Shown piece after piece: positions 51,451 to 64,000 of a stretch of 64,000 nucleotides of DNA. The translations under genes and the position numbers were made by a program. This DNA is from Eledone cirrhosa (taxonomy: Eukaryota). Every line of letters begins with the position of its first letter. The first letter of the stretch is position 1. Where the stretch lies: NCBI GenBank assembly GCA_964016885.1, contig OZ024742.1, forward strand, positions 129,270,001-129,334,000, written 5' to 3'. The notes beneath the pieces were generated by a model, which did no database searches, was not told the origin of the DNA, and worked only from the letters and a program-made list of their open reading frames with translations.

Positions 51451-51600
51451 CAGATTACTACGAGAATGGAGAAAAAAAAATGTTCGTTGCGAAATTCCTG
51501 CTTTTCCTCCCAAACACAGCAGAACCACTTGAAATGGAAAACCTACCCAAATACTTCAGTCATCGGAACTTTACATCATAGATTAGCTAAACGACACTAA
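51451..51600 (-). other. Candidate alternative non-coding first exon
   Basis: Consensus donor CTG|GTGAGT at 51450 and E-box GTCACGTG about 200 nt upstream of the donor. 5' boundary is a guess. Confidence 0.3.
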
Positions 51601-52725
51601 CGAGAAAATTAATGGAAATTATTAATGGAAATGAAAATAAGCTAACCAAGTCATTAACACGTGACAGCTCGCAGAAAATCACGTATTATGTTAAAAATAT
51701 AATAATTGTTAAAATATAATAATAATGAAAGACAATATCCTACAATAATTTACTGCGAGATATACTAACCGACTGCATATTTTTTTAGGTATTGAGAAAC
51801 AGATTGCGGAAACATACTTCGAAAAAATGTATGAAGACAGACAACACAGTGGTAATTTAAATTGCGAGGAATTCCATCAACGAAATAAATAAATAAATCT
51901 TGAAGAATTTTTAGCATGGGGTTAAAGTTACAAAATTCATGAAGTCACATGGAAGCCACATTGAGTAACATGAAACCTGGGAAACAAATAGAGATTCCGA
52001 TTAGCTTCCTTTAGGAGTTAGAAATTTCACATTTATTGATATTAAACCAGTAATTTATTAATAATTTCTCTGACAATGAGAAAGGAAGCGAATGAAAGGC
52101 ATCATCGCCGATCCATAGGAAACTCGAATATGCATGCTTTCAGTAAATCAATACCTCCTCCTTCGCACCCTCCCTCCATCCCCATCTCCGGACTTTCGCC
52201 AATGGCAGAAATATAGTTGTCACGCTGAACACTGAAAATGGTTTTTCTAAGTTGGTCAACGGCCACAAGCTATATATACAATAAGGATTTTCTAAACTAA
52301 GGACAGGGGATTTATACTATACGAAAACCTAAGGCGGATAATTAAACACAATTGTATTCAAATCAGTTATGTATATAATGGTAAATAATTGACAATTGCA
52401 AACAAAAAAAAAAAGCATTGAAAATAAAAGAATCGTCATCTGACATCATTGAATGAAGGTAAAGAATGGGGAAAAGCCTTGATTCGAAGATATGATGACA
52501 GTAGTTATCAAAGTTCTGTGTGAATATACATACATTATACATAAACACACACATACATTACAAACAAACAACACACTTAAAATGTATAAATACACACAAA
52601 CATCACATATAAACACACTATATATACATATGTGTGTGTGTGTGTGTGTAGTAAGGAAGACACCTAGTCGAATTGAACGAAGCCATAGGTTTAGAAAATG
52701 TTAATTGCTGTAATTTCAAGCCTCG

Positions 52726-52757
<32 letters not shown>

Positions 52758-52761
<4 letters not shown>

Positions 52762-52943
52762 GTTTCTACTTTTGGCACAAGGCCAACAATTACCCAGTAC
52801 ATTACCGGTACTTTATTTTATCGACCCCGTAAGGTTGAAAGGCAACGTCAACATCGGCGGGATTTGAACTCAGACCGTAAAAGGACGTAGCTATACTGGA
52901 AAGCATGACGTCCGACTCTCTACCGATACTGTCAATCCACCGC
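52758..52943 (-). mobile_element. tRNA-derived SINE with CpGs intact
   Basis: Full reverse-complement match to the main SINE family. Confidence 0.88.
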
Positions 52944-53226
52944 ATGTCCAGTAAATGGCCTACAAGTAGCCATTGGTTTGGGAGTGTTGTGGCAGAAGTA
53001 AGCGAGAAAAGAAAGAATACTGTAACTCAAAGACAAAAATAACCGGAAGCGGCAAATAGTAATATAGAATTTCAGGCAGATCACTGAATTAATTAGCGAA
53101 GTTTAATCCATATTAGTCAACACAAAGGAAATAATCTCTGATACTCAAAATAATAACTTCATATAGCAGATATTGTTCAAGCCATGTGACAACACACGTA
53201 ATCAATATATATATATATACATATTC

Positions 53227-53266
<40 letters not shown>

Positions 53267-55519
53267 TCCTACTTCTATAGCAAAATATATACGTTTAATT
53301 ATTTAGAGTTGGATGCTGTACATTGAAGATGTAATAGTAAAAGTTCTATTTACATTTGACAGTCACGTCTGGAAACATGGTTAGTTCAAAGGTAACATGT
53401 GGAGCGATAAATCTTAGCCTTAACTCAACCAACTTTTATATTTTGACACACTTAGCAAGATTACCCATACTTAGTTGCACACTATTATTTATGCAATAAG
53501 AAGAGTACCGTATTAGTTGTCTGAAAAGGAAAAGAAACTTCCTGATGAACGAAGAAAGTATTCCTGAAATATGAGTATTAGTAATAAAATTTCTTTGGCA
53601 CATTAATTCAATAATAAAATTCAAGAAACGTGGATATTTCCGCGTGGAAAGACATGCATGCAAACCTATGAGACTTAATTGACAGACAAGTAAAAGTGAC
53701 AAACTACTGCCCGGTAACACTAATTATCTATCTATTCGTGGGTGGATTCAATCTTTTTAATCGTGGATGTACGTGGTGTAACAATTCTTAACAATTAGCA
53801 AGTATAATATCCATTGTAAATATTACTAGAATAATATTTGACGTTTAAACATGAAAAGAAAGAAGAAAAAAATGGTAATCGTACGAAAGAACATCATACT
53901 TATATCCGGGTAGAAACTATTCCAATTGCGACAATTCAGCTTCTACTGAGAATAGAATAGTATTCTGGTATCGTCGGCACCCGATTTAGACATAAGCTAA
54001 ACAAGCTAGAGCTTAGGACTTGGAGATAATTAAAAGGTATATATGTTTTCAATGTTTGTGAAACCTGGAATAATTTTTTTTAAACAAGGGACCACCAAGT
54101 TTTTGTATAACTTAGGACCTCACCAAGTACAAATCTAGCACTAATGCATTATGAATTTTAATATAGCTAAATATGTACAGCAAATACTATGTAATGAAAT
54201 TGAAACTATTAGTGAAAGAACATGTGCTTATATAATAATAACGAAATATAGTTTATTTATATTAAATAAAAATAAATGGAAATTTTCTTAAATTCAGATA
54301 TATGAAGACCAAATCGGAAAATGAGAAAAAAATGTTATGATTAGATAACCTTTCGTAATTTTAAAATTTCAGTTAATTTAAGTACAAGAAAAATTTCAGT
54401 TAATTTAAGTACAAGAAAATTTAGAAATAAATCAGCGAGATATCTGATTTTACAAGGTGTGGGTGATATTAAACCTGTATGCCAAGTTAGATAATGCAAC
54501 TGGGGAAAAACCGTACTTGCTACCGTTAATAGTCCACATGGCATCACCTGTCATTTAGTCATAACAACAGCCATTTTCACAACGAAATTATAGCCTTGAT
54601 TATCAAGCAAATTCAGTTTAAAAACAGCAAGATTTTAAGACTAAAATGTCAAAATTCCAACGACATGTTTGAAATTTTATAATGTGGTAGCAGTATTTTC
54701 CATTATACAAAAAAAAAAAGCGGTTTCCAAAAGAGGGCGACAGCGATTCGTTCCCAGAACACAAGGAAGATACGCCAAGAAAGCTCAGATTCCTTCCAGT
54801 CCTTTTACAGAATATGTCACTACAGCACGGCAATAGGCATTCTCCACTTCCAACCTATATAACGAAGATAGTTAGGTAATCGAGGCTAGTAAACCTTATT
54901 AAATACGAAATTATAAAGAGAAATTTACGACAAACTGGCCGTTCAGTCAACTAGTGTGTGTTTCTGGAGATGTGTGTGTGCCATGTATATTTTGCAAGAA
55001 ACTATTATTAAACCAGTGACTTGCATTCACCTTATTATCTAAATATTTATATTAGAAGAAGTGCAGCATTATGCATTAAAAAAAAAAATCATACTGAACA
55101 AGATGGGAAGGTGGGGGTGGGGGGTAATGGAGCAAACCCATTCGATGTAGACAATAGAATTCACATGGAGACAATTTAAGACAAACGATGACGACACCAG
55201 AGTACATTCTGTAAGCATGAATATATTTCGATTATAAGCTGATCTGAAAAGCTAAAATAACTATGTGTATGCCTTGACACATCGATTTGTCACCGATAAT
55301 TTATATATAAATGGGTCGACAACACCGGAAAAAAGACCTGCGTACCGGCAGTAGATGAATCAGGTAGAAAGATAACATTTACCTATACGTTTTTAAGTCC
55401 GCATGTGTCATGACGAAAGTGATTGTATATAGATTGCGAATACTTAAAAAGAAAGAAAGAAAGAAAGAAAAACTACGACCTGGTTACTAAGAAACAAAAC
55501 TCATCCCCAACCACCTCCA

Positions 55520-55565
<46 letters not shown>

Positions 55566-55742
55566 ACTGGGTTAGACATTTACTATTGTATCACTCGAGA
55601 CAAAATTGCTGCTAGTATCGGATGCGAAGTCGATGCGGATATTTCTATTTCTTTGTGTATGTATGTGTGTGTTTGTCGTAAATTGAAACTCGCTGTTGGT
55701 AACAATGAGTCAGCTACTAATCACACACATATGTGTGTGTGA

Positions 55743-55779
<37 letters not shown>

Positions 55780-56307
55780 CATACATACATACACACACGT
55801 GTTTATAAAGTAAGACAAAGAAAAATATTTACATATATATTTAATCATACACGAGTGTATAAATGTACACAAAAGCATAATAAAGATAGTATATATATAT
55901 ATCCGTCTATACACACGAACGCATCAAAAGCAAGTGCGCTGAATAGCAATAATCATAATTGTAGAACTCACTATCAGCAATATTGAGTAATCGGTGTGTT
56001 GTCTGCCACCACAGATAAAGAAACACACAAAGCGAAACCGATTCATAAAGTTTAAACAGACAGGCAGTCGATGCATAGATAGAGAGAAGTTTAAAGCTTT
56101 TTAACCACACAAGAACGGTAAAAGAAAGAAAAAGGCAAAGGGGATGAGGAGACAAAAATATTAACATTAATCTCCGTCTCTTCTTTCGTTGTCATCATCA
56201 TCACACATTCTTTTTTTCTTTCTTTCCGTTTTTCTTTATCATTTACATTGTCCCACGTCTCTTCCAGTCATCAGCAAAACAAGAAGAGACAACAAAGAAG
56301 AACTTAC

Positions 56308-56440
56308 CTGAACTGTAATATATATTATATATAGGTCCTTAAGATTTAGAAATGTTGTAGGGGAATCAAGACAAGGTATCCAGAAAGATGACAACTGCCA
56401 CTACTTCACTACAACAGCTCTCGCACAAGACAAACCAGCC
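56308..56440 (-). other. Candidate non-coding first exon of an unidentified minus-strand gene
   Basis: Perfect donor CAG|GTAAGT at 56307, no ATG in the exon, NF-Y-type CCAAT box at 56474-56483, at the edge of the CpG-rich block. 5' boundary is a guess. Confidence 0.45.
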
Positions 56441-56877
56441 ATTATTCCAGTTAGGTACAGTGCTATTAATAGCGACCAATCAGCAACCGCCTTACATTCA
56501 GTGCCCGGTAGTTTGTGTGGGAGTTAAATTAAATGAGGAGTAGGAAGAGACGCACTTCCCTTCGTTGGAATATGCAGAAAGACGACTGGAAGGTATTCAG
56601 TTACGCGAGTAACTGCCAAATGAAAACAAAAAAGAAAAATAACGTCTAGTAACTGTGTTTAAACCATTGGGAGATAGAGGAATATTCCTAAAGGATTTAG
56701 ATTGTAAGGAGCTACTTCACTAATCCTTTTTTTTTTACCGGTTCAATTTGTGAAAACCTTCTGTCATAGACTGAAAATTTAAATATTTCGTATTCCCCGT
56801 ATATCTTATTCATGGTCTGTCTTTCTTTCCTTCTTTTTTAATATAAATAAAATAACTTAATATTTTAATATCAGATT

Positions 56878-57245
56878 TAATGGTTGTCGGAATTGGTAGA
56901 GCGACGGTCTTTTTTTTATGCTCTCAGTTCAAATCCCGCTGGAGTCAACATTTTCTTTCATCCTTCTGGTGTCGGTAAAATAAAGTATCAGTCAGGTATG
57001 GAAATCGATATAATCGATTAACTATAACACTCTCCCTGGTATTCGTAGCTATATGTCCAAGTTACAAATCAATATTTAATGCTAATGGAAGGACGATAGT
57101 GTGCCGGGCTAAGTATTTAGTTACGTCCCTTTACATTCACAGTTCAAATCCCGCCATGGTCGACTTCGCCTACTATTCCTATGAGACCAATAAAATAAGT
57201 TCCAGTAATATACTAAGGGCTCGGTTGATTATTACTCTCCCCTAA
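56878..57245 (+). mobile_element. Two tandem tRNA-derived SINEs
   Basis: GTTCAAATCCCGC B-boxes at about 56927 and 57142, each followed by the central motif. Confidence 0.75.
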
Positions 57246-57989
57246 AATGGGTCACGATGAATGAGCGGTAGAAATTGTAAAGCGTCAAACGAATTTAATT
57301 ATTTAAATTCAAATTTAGCTGGCAAGATTAAAGGGTCCTCTTTACCCTACGTTCTCTCCATTCATTTGTTCGCCAGTTCCGAAGATATTGTCTTACCTTT
57401 GGCAAGACTAAAGAGATTCCCCTCTCTTTCTCATTCATTCCTTTCTTTCCGACTTTACTGGGTAGGAAGAGAGCCAGAGTGAGAGGGTGATAGAAGAAAG
57501 AACGATAGAGAGCTACTTAATGGTTGGTGCATGGCTGAAAGAGATGGGGGTGCTGGAAGAGGCAGTTTTTATTATTTTACATGTTTTCCATGCTGGCAAT
57601 CGTTGGATGGGTCATGAAGGTCTTAGACAAGACAAATATGGTAACCATTCCTTGCTCATACATTCCATATTTTGGCAAGGTTTCTTTAGCTGAATGTCCT
57701 TCCAAATACAAACCACTTTACAAAGGGTACTGGGTGCGTTTTAACTTAGCACCAGCACTAAAGAGGTTGGCTTGTATCCAGAAAGACTGGAGAGTCTTCT
57801 TTACTTACAGAGTATACTGTGTACATGAAAGAAAGCCATGATAAAAGTACTGGATTTACACTTAGTGAGGCCATAAGCTATGTAAAACTTGGAGGCCTCT
57901 TGTTGAAAATTATACCAAAAGGTCTCATAGAAAACATATGCTTTATAATCATGTTGAAGCTCTAAGCTGTTGCTTACTTAACTTATACC

Positions 57990-58140
57990 TGAATTTGGCA
58001 CAAGGGGTTGGCCATAGATTGCCTCTGCATTCACTGCCCATGTCTCACTGCCATGCAGCATCACATTTCTCACACTAGCATCATGTAATTTGCCCTACAT
58101 TCGGAGAGAAAATTCCTTTGCTATCAACATAGGTAGTGAT
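57990..58140 (-). mobile_element. Decayed RTE LINE fragment
   Basis: Minus strand reads LPMLIAKEFSLRM*GKLHDASVRNVMLHGSETWAVNAE. Confidence 0.75.
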
Positions 58141-58347
58141 GATAATTATATGTTCAGGTTTCTGCCAAGTGCAGAAGACAACTCTTATACTGACTTCATC
58201 AGCAAAACATAAGCTTCACTTTACTTGCAGAAGTGGTGATAAAAGAATCACTAAGTAAATTAATAAGATTTGGAAAATAATTAATAAGATTAGAAAAATA
58301 ATATTGTTTAGCTTCTTTGTGACTATATTCCTAATGAGTAAACTGCC

Positions 58348-58688
58348 TACTCTCAGGTTTTGAATAATGCCCCCCCCCCCCCCCCCCCCTCTGCTTATTA
58401 ACTTTTCAGATTATTTCCAACCACCCCCACTTACTAAATTTTGCTAATCTATCTCTGGCAAAATTTTATTGTGATTTATATTGATACAGCAGCTGGAGAA
58501 TCTAATAATGATTTGATTTTACATTAAAAAAATATTATATATTACAAAAAAAGAACATTACAACAAATCCCATATTTATGAACCTACACAATAAAATTAC
58601 CAATTTGCCAAAGCCCCCTCCCCCTGCTTTTAAGAATTTAAGCAAATGTCCAACACCACATCCCAATATTATTTGGGACCCGAGAGTA
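58348..58688. mobile_element. Probable Tc1/mariner-type MITE
   Basis: Imperfect TIRs TACTCTCAGGTTTTGAATAA / TTATTTGGGACCCGAGAGTA with TA ends. Sits within a family C-like element. Confidence 0.55.
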
Positions 58689-58715
58689 TGTTTCAATTAA
58701 TTTTCTTTATAACAA

Positions 58716-59068
58716 ACATGCTTTGACGCATAGAGTTACGGCCCTTGCCATTCTGAGTTCAAATCCCGCCGAGGTTAACTTTGCCTTTCAGCCCCTTATG
58801 GGGTCGATAAAATAAAGTACCAGTAATACACTTGGTGATTGCTGGCCTTCTGCCAAAAGTAGAAACAATTATAACAAAGGCGATGAATTGGCAGTATCAG
58901 TGGAGGGTCGGACACCATGCTTTCTAGCATAGTTACGTCCCTTTACGGTCTGAGTTCAAATCCCGCCGATGTTAACTTTGCCTTTCATCCTTACGGGGTC
59001 GATAAAATAAAGTACCAGTAATGTACTGAGTAATTGCTGGCCTTGTGCCAAAAGTAGAAACAATTATA
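58716..59068 (+). mobile_element. Two head-to-tail young SINEs
   Basis: 58716-58872 (5'-truncated, nearly identical to 48205-48358) and 58876-59068 (full length). Confidence 0.9.
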
Positions 59069-59741
59069 ACAAAGTTCTTTTACCTGTAACTTTATATATT
59101 TGTATATTATGTTGGTGTTGACAAATTGAAACTTTATGTTACGAAATTTTAATAAAGATTTTAATTTGAGTACAAACACTTTTGTAGGGACAAATCTCAA
59201 TCAGGTTGGTATTAAAAGGTTTAGAAAATGAATAATTCATAGATGTCATCTGTATGATACACAATAGTTATGTTAATGTTAACATAGTAATTACAATGAA
59301 CATTAAAAACTACAGGTTTGACCAGGTGCTAAATGACAACAAACGTCCCTTTGTAACCATAATCAAATATTGATTGGCACTTTATTAATATTGATGAAAC
59401 ATTTTCCAAAAAGGGTCTTGTCGCTTAATTTCTATAAACAATACAAAGAAACAATCACTGCACTTATGAAAGAAGCGGCCATCTATTCTGCCCTTCTAGT
59501 CACAAATAAAACCTTCAAAAGTATTGCTAATGCTTGGCCTCACAATCACTGATGATCATTCCTGGTGATTTCACATCCACAATATAACAGAAATTGTCCT
59601 TTCCCTTTGGGGCCAGGTATTATTTTAGCTCCAAAAAGTTTACTAATTCTCTAGAAAGTACATGTGAAATCACAACATGATATACCTCCCACTATAAAAC
59701 AATACTGTTGTTACACATGCAAACATCCTAAATTGTAGTTA

Positions 59742-59912
59742 ATTCTTAACATCCTGCAATGATTTAGTAGAAAATATCTAAAAACAGATTTATTAATTCA
59801 AATATAGTATTTTACAAGTGGAGGAATCATTGTAAAAATTTAATGTAATGCAGTCATAGTGCTGTTTTGTACTTTTCAGGAATGTGGTTTCATGTAGTAC
59901 AGGATGTTAATA
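59742..59912 (-). mobile_element. TTAA MITE family A (internally deleted)
   Basis: TTAA|TTCTTAACATCCTGCA ... GTACAGGATGTTAATAG. Confidence 0.8.
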
Positions 59913-60968
59913 GTAACAAATGTCACCCAACTCATTCACATGAAATCTCTCACAAATATATTACAGCTGCTAATCCACAGATGTCCTGCCTCCTCACACT
60001 GCCTTTTCTAAAGCAACTACAGTGCCTTATGGTTCTTGGAGTTGACTGGTCTCGGGGTCACCTTAACCTAGGCCTCATCATTCATACATATATCATCATC
60101 ACCATCATTTTACATTTGTTTTCTCTACTAGCAAGGGCCAAATGAGTCCTCATAAATCGAGTCAATACTCAGAATGTACTCGGTATGTTTATCCTGGCAC
60201 AAACACTAGAGACATTGTTGTGCCTTTGTCAAAACTTAAGAGTCCTTTACCAACATAATCATTATTTTACACCCTCTTTCCAAAATACATAAACAAGGCA
60301 GTGAGGCTCTTATAAATATTTACACTCGTTCTTTTACTCATATCCATCAAACTTTACAGACTAGTTTAGTGCAATCAATTTGTCTCATAATTACTGTATA
60401 TTACCATGGCTAATATATCTACTAGTATGTCACTACCTACCATAATACTGTGCCTATGGCCAATACCTACTCGGCATGTTTCACATCACAACTCTCCAGT
60501 CACATTATTTTTATATTCCTTATTAAAGTCACACTCATCACAGGTGTGATATGGTACAGTATATTAGAACTGCATTTTAGTGTATAGTGCTCGCTATTAT
60601 ATGGTCTTTAGCTATAAGCACCAAACATTCCAGCTAAAGGGCAGATTACAGTAAGGTAGGTACATGTTTGGGTAAATAATTAGATTCAAAGTCGCATTTG
60701 CAATAATATATTATTTGCCTTAAATTCACAATAATAGTGTAATAGTGTTATTTCTACATACAGGATGATATCTTGACCCACAAATGTTGACCTGTTATCC
60801 GTGAAATACTAGGGTCAACTTTTGTACAAGGTCTATGAAAGATTTCAGACTTTTTGGCCAAAAATAGAGGGCCAACTTTTGCATGCGTTCGACTATTACT
60901 CAAGTATATATGTGTGTGTGTATGTATGTCTGTGTGTGTGTATATATATATATATGTGTGTGTGTGTG

Positions 60969-61339
60969 AAGGCGCATGGCTTAGTGGTTAGAGCATTTGG
61001 CTTGCAATCGAAAGGTTGTGAGTTCAATTCTTGGACCGGGTAATGTGTTGTTTCCTTGAGCAAGACACTTTATTTCACATTGCTCCAGTTTACTCAGGTG
61101 TAGAAATGAGATGATAGGACTGGGGTCCCTGTCATTCCACTGCAACCTGGTCGTCAACCCAGCACTCACTGTAAATGAGGATGGTGTTAGGACGGGCATC
61201 CAGCCGTAGAAATCAAGCTAGAATCAGTTCCCATATGAGCAAGACAAGGTCAGCCAACCAGACACTGCCCACAACAGGACAACCTGTCAAACCCATGCTA
61301 GCGTGGAAGAATGGACGTAAAATGGTGATGATGATGATG
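60969..61339 (+). mobile_element. tRNA-headed SINE with RTE-derived 3' tail
   Basis: A-box TGGCTTAGTGG, B-box GAGTTCAATTC, CORE-like block, then GGTGTTAGGACGGGCATCCAGCCGTAGAAA..ACCCATGCTAGCGTGGAA..TGGACGTAAAA(TGA)n, matching the RTE LINE 3' UTR at 45465-45627. Confidence 0.85.
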
Positions 61340-62047
61340 TATATATATATATATCATTGTCGTTTTAATGTCTGCTTTCCCTACTAGCAAGGGTACATAT
61401 ATATTCACATTTCTATCTCTCTCCCTCTCCCCCTCTATCTATGTATCTATCTCTCACTGCATTTATTTGCAAGCCCAAATCAAACATCACTTTAAATACC
61501 CATAATAAAAGGAAAAAATATCAGCCAAAGAACATCTGACTGGATGATGTTGGAGAAGACATCAGTAAAACTGATGTACTTCTGGAAGTAACATAAAGAG
61601 GAGGTAGTCAATAAGATATGATATAGTATACAGTTATTATAAGAGAATATCAGTTAGAATAGAATATAGGCCCTTAACTCCTGGGTTGTAGAGATGTTGT
61701 CCTGGCATGTCTAGGACATCAGAAACCTAGCAGACCCATCAATTAGAACATAGCTGATTTTTTTTCTAAAAAATGGGAGAGAAAGCAAAAGAGAGGGATT
61801 TCTCAGATTGCAAAGCGCCATCATAAATACCATAATGCATTCTATAACTACTCTGTCAACTCACTGCCTGTGAATATCAGTTAGTGAATCAATATGGTGT
61901 CAGGCTGCCAGCCAAAAGGTCATTATATCACTAATACTGCAATATGTCTATTGTCAAGTCTATTTATTGAACATCTACAAAATTAGTTCATCTTGCCATA
62001 AATAGGCCCTATGCATAAGTACAGATGAATATTCTTTCTCTAGACCT

Positions 62048-62352
62048 GTAACTCCCTGCTAAGGGAGTTGTAGTGGCACTGTGTTGACATACAGCATTTC
62101 TAGGGCACTTTTAAACCTGGTAGAGCCCATCTCCTCTCCGGGTCTGAATACAGCAGATGTTGTCCAGAGAAGGATAGAGAGTGGATGTGAGAAAATGATA
62201 CTAAGGAAGAATTAACCCCAGTACTTAACTGGTACTTTTGTATCACCCTCGAATGGATGAAAGGCAAAATTGACCTCGGTGGGATTTGATCTCAAAAAGT
62301 AGAGGGATGAAATGAATACCACAAAATATTCTACCCAATGTTCTAATGACTC
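62048..62352 (-). mobile_element. tRNA-SINE variant with long alternative tail
   Basis: Paralog of 15948-16232. Confidence 0.7.
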
Positions 62353-63539
62353 CACCTTCAGATGAATATTATTGTTGTTTAATCCCAACTAAGTCATCAT
62401 CAAAGAAGTCCTAAGCTCAAACATGTTCCATCCATGATGCCTGCACTTTTTTTTTCTGACACAGATTCCATTATTTAACATGTCCTTAAAAAAAAAAATA
62501 ATAAGGTGTGAATTAGGAGCAATTTGGGAGCTATTTCTAGCAGGTTGAGTAACCATATGAAAAGCCTCCCTCATTGGTTGATACAGATGACTGTTGTAAA
62601 CAGAGTGAGCACTGTATAATTGATTTTTCACTCTGACACAATGTTAGACATTTGTAAAAGAGGAGTTTTAAACAATTCTTCTTCTTCGCCCACTTATTCC
62701 TGAGAAAGTTGTAGGGGCAAGTCCTCAAACACTCCTTCCAGTGGGTCCTGTCAGAAGCTACTATCTCCAATTGATTCCGTTGGATCCCCAAGCATGACCA
62801 GCTGAGCTCATGGATGTTATTTAACTATCTTGCTCGGGGTTTACCCCGGGGTCTCCTGCCGGTGGGTTTTGTCCATAACATATGTCCAATGATTCTTTGA
62901 GACATTCTAACCACATGATGTAATATCAGAGTTGTGCTCTCTCAATTCAGAGAAGTAGCAACTATATCTGGAGTGACTCTCTGATCTCTGAGCTATGCAC
63001 TTTATCGAGTAATGTTTGCAGTAGATTTGGCTATTATTTCTTGTAAATCAAGCAACCACATAGAGGCTCCCTTAATTACAGTTTTTGTTGTTGTTGTTGT
63101 TTAGACCCCAGTCAAAACTGATTGAGCAGATCTGTGGCCAAAGGAATGTGCTTGAAATCACAAAACACATAATTCAACATGTACATTTTAAAAAATGGTT
63201 GAGTGTAATTTTGATGAGATTTAGCTACTGTTTCTAGCAGATCAAGCAGCCACATAGAGGCACCCAGATTGGCTTGATAAAAGTACAGTGTATTATATGA
63301 CTGTTTCATAGCTGGTAGTACTATGTTAGAATCCTTTTATAGAACTTGCAGAAACAACACTAAAAGTAATATACCAAGAGGCAGGAAACTACCTAGAGTG
63401 GAGGGAAACCAGGACTCTTGCACACCGAGATAAACTTCATGCCATGATAGAATACAGCCAGTACATTCTTCAGAATTAAACAGACATAATATAGGGTAGA
63501 GAGGACTCTTCAGTCTGGCCATCTATATAGTGACCTCTC

Positions 63540-64000
63540 TAGTGCTGATAAGATATACCCAGTACACTCTGTAAAGTGGAAGTGCTGGTGCCACAATAAA
63601 ATGTACCCAGTACACTCTGTAAAGTGGAAGTGCTGGTGCCACAATAAAATGTACCCAGTATACTCTGTAAATTGGCAATGCTGATGCCACAATGAAATGT
63701 ACCCAGTCAATCCTGTAAGATGGTAATGCTGGTACCATGATAAAATGAACCCAGTATATTCTGTAAAATGGCAATGTTGGCGCCACAATAAAATGTACCC
63801 AGTACATTCTGTAAAGTGGTAGTGCTGGTGCCACAATAAAAGGTATCCAGTACAGACAGTAAGGTGGCTGGTGTTAGGAAGGGCATCCAGTCATAGAAAC
63901 CATGTCAAATATAGAACGTATGAGGACTCTATGACCTGCCTAGTTCCAGACTTTGACAACCTGTCCAACTCATACTAACATGAAAAGAGGATGTAAAATG
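63540..64000 (+). repeat. 48-bp tandem array (about 6.5 units) running into an RTE-type 3' tail
   Basis: Unit CCCAGTACACTCTGTAAAGTGGAAGTGCTGGTGCCACAATAAAATGTA, then GGTGTTAGGAAGGGCATCCAG. Confidence 0.88.

Larger units (their letters stand above)
50950..57300. promoter_or_regulatory. CpG-retaining, transposon-poor block (putative unmethylated promoter region)
   Basis: CG dinucleotides are visibly far more frequent here than in the flanks (judged by eye, not counted). Contains CACGTGAC (51658), CCGGAAG (53043) and GACCAATCAG (56474). Confidence 0.55.

Noticed and set aside
60969-61050. tRNA gene (also heads at 29288, 50256, 58876)
   Set aside because: A and B boxes are present, but the cloverleaf is imperfect and continues into a SINE body.
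63510-63836. Two overlapping repetitive ORFs
   Set aside because: Artefact of a 48-bp unit (multiple of 3) derived from a retroposon.

Overview
AT-rich eukaryotic, repeat-dominated sequence. The SINE, RTE-LINE and (TA)n/(GAT)n repertoire resembles a coleoid cephalopod such as Octopus, but that is an inference from recalled repeat families, not a search. I found no host protein-coding exon I can support, and nearly all ORF-track entries are microsatellite, tandem-repeat or transposon artefacts. Recognisable protein sequence is all transposon-derived: an RTE-clade LINE C-terminus still in frame (44.6-45.2 kb), several decayed LINE fragments, a PIF1-like Helitron helicase remnant (5.0-5.6 kb) and a Hero/R2-like restriction-like endonuclease remnant (25.2-25.6 kb). 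The rest comprises many tRNA-derived SINEs, three families of TTAA-flanked piggyBac-like MITEs that insert into each other, a hAT MITE with an 8-bp TSD, several long foldback palindromes and minisatellites, including a near-perfect 62-bp x18 array. A CpG-retaining block (about 51-57.3 kb) with CCAAT, E-box and ETS words and two minus-strand splice donors suggests a promoter region with non-coding first exons. If so, most of the window is long intron. No prokaryote-style system (CRISPR, operon) is present.
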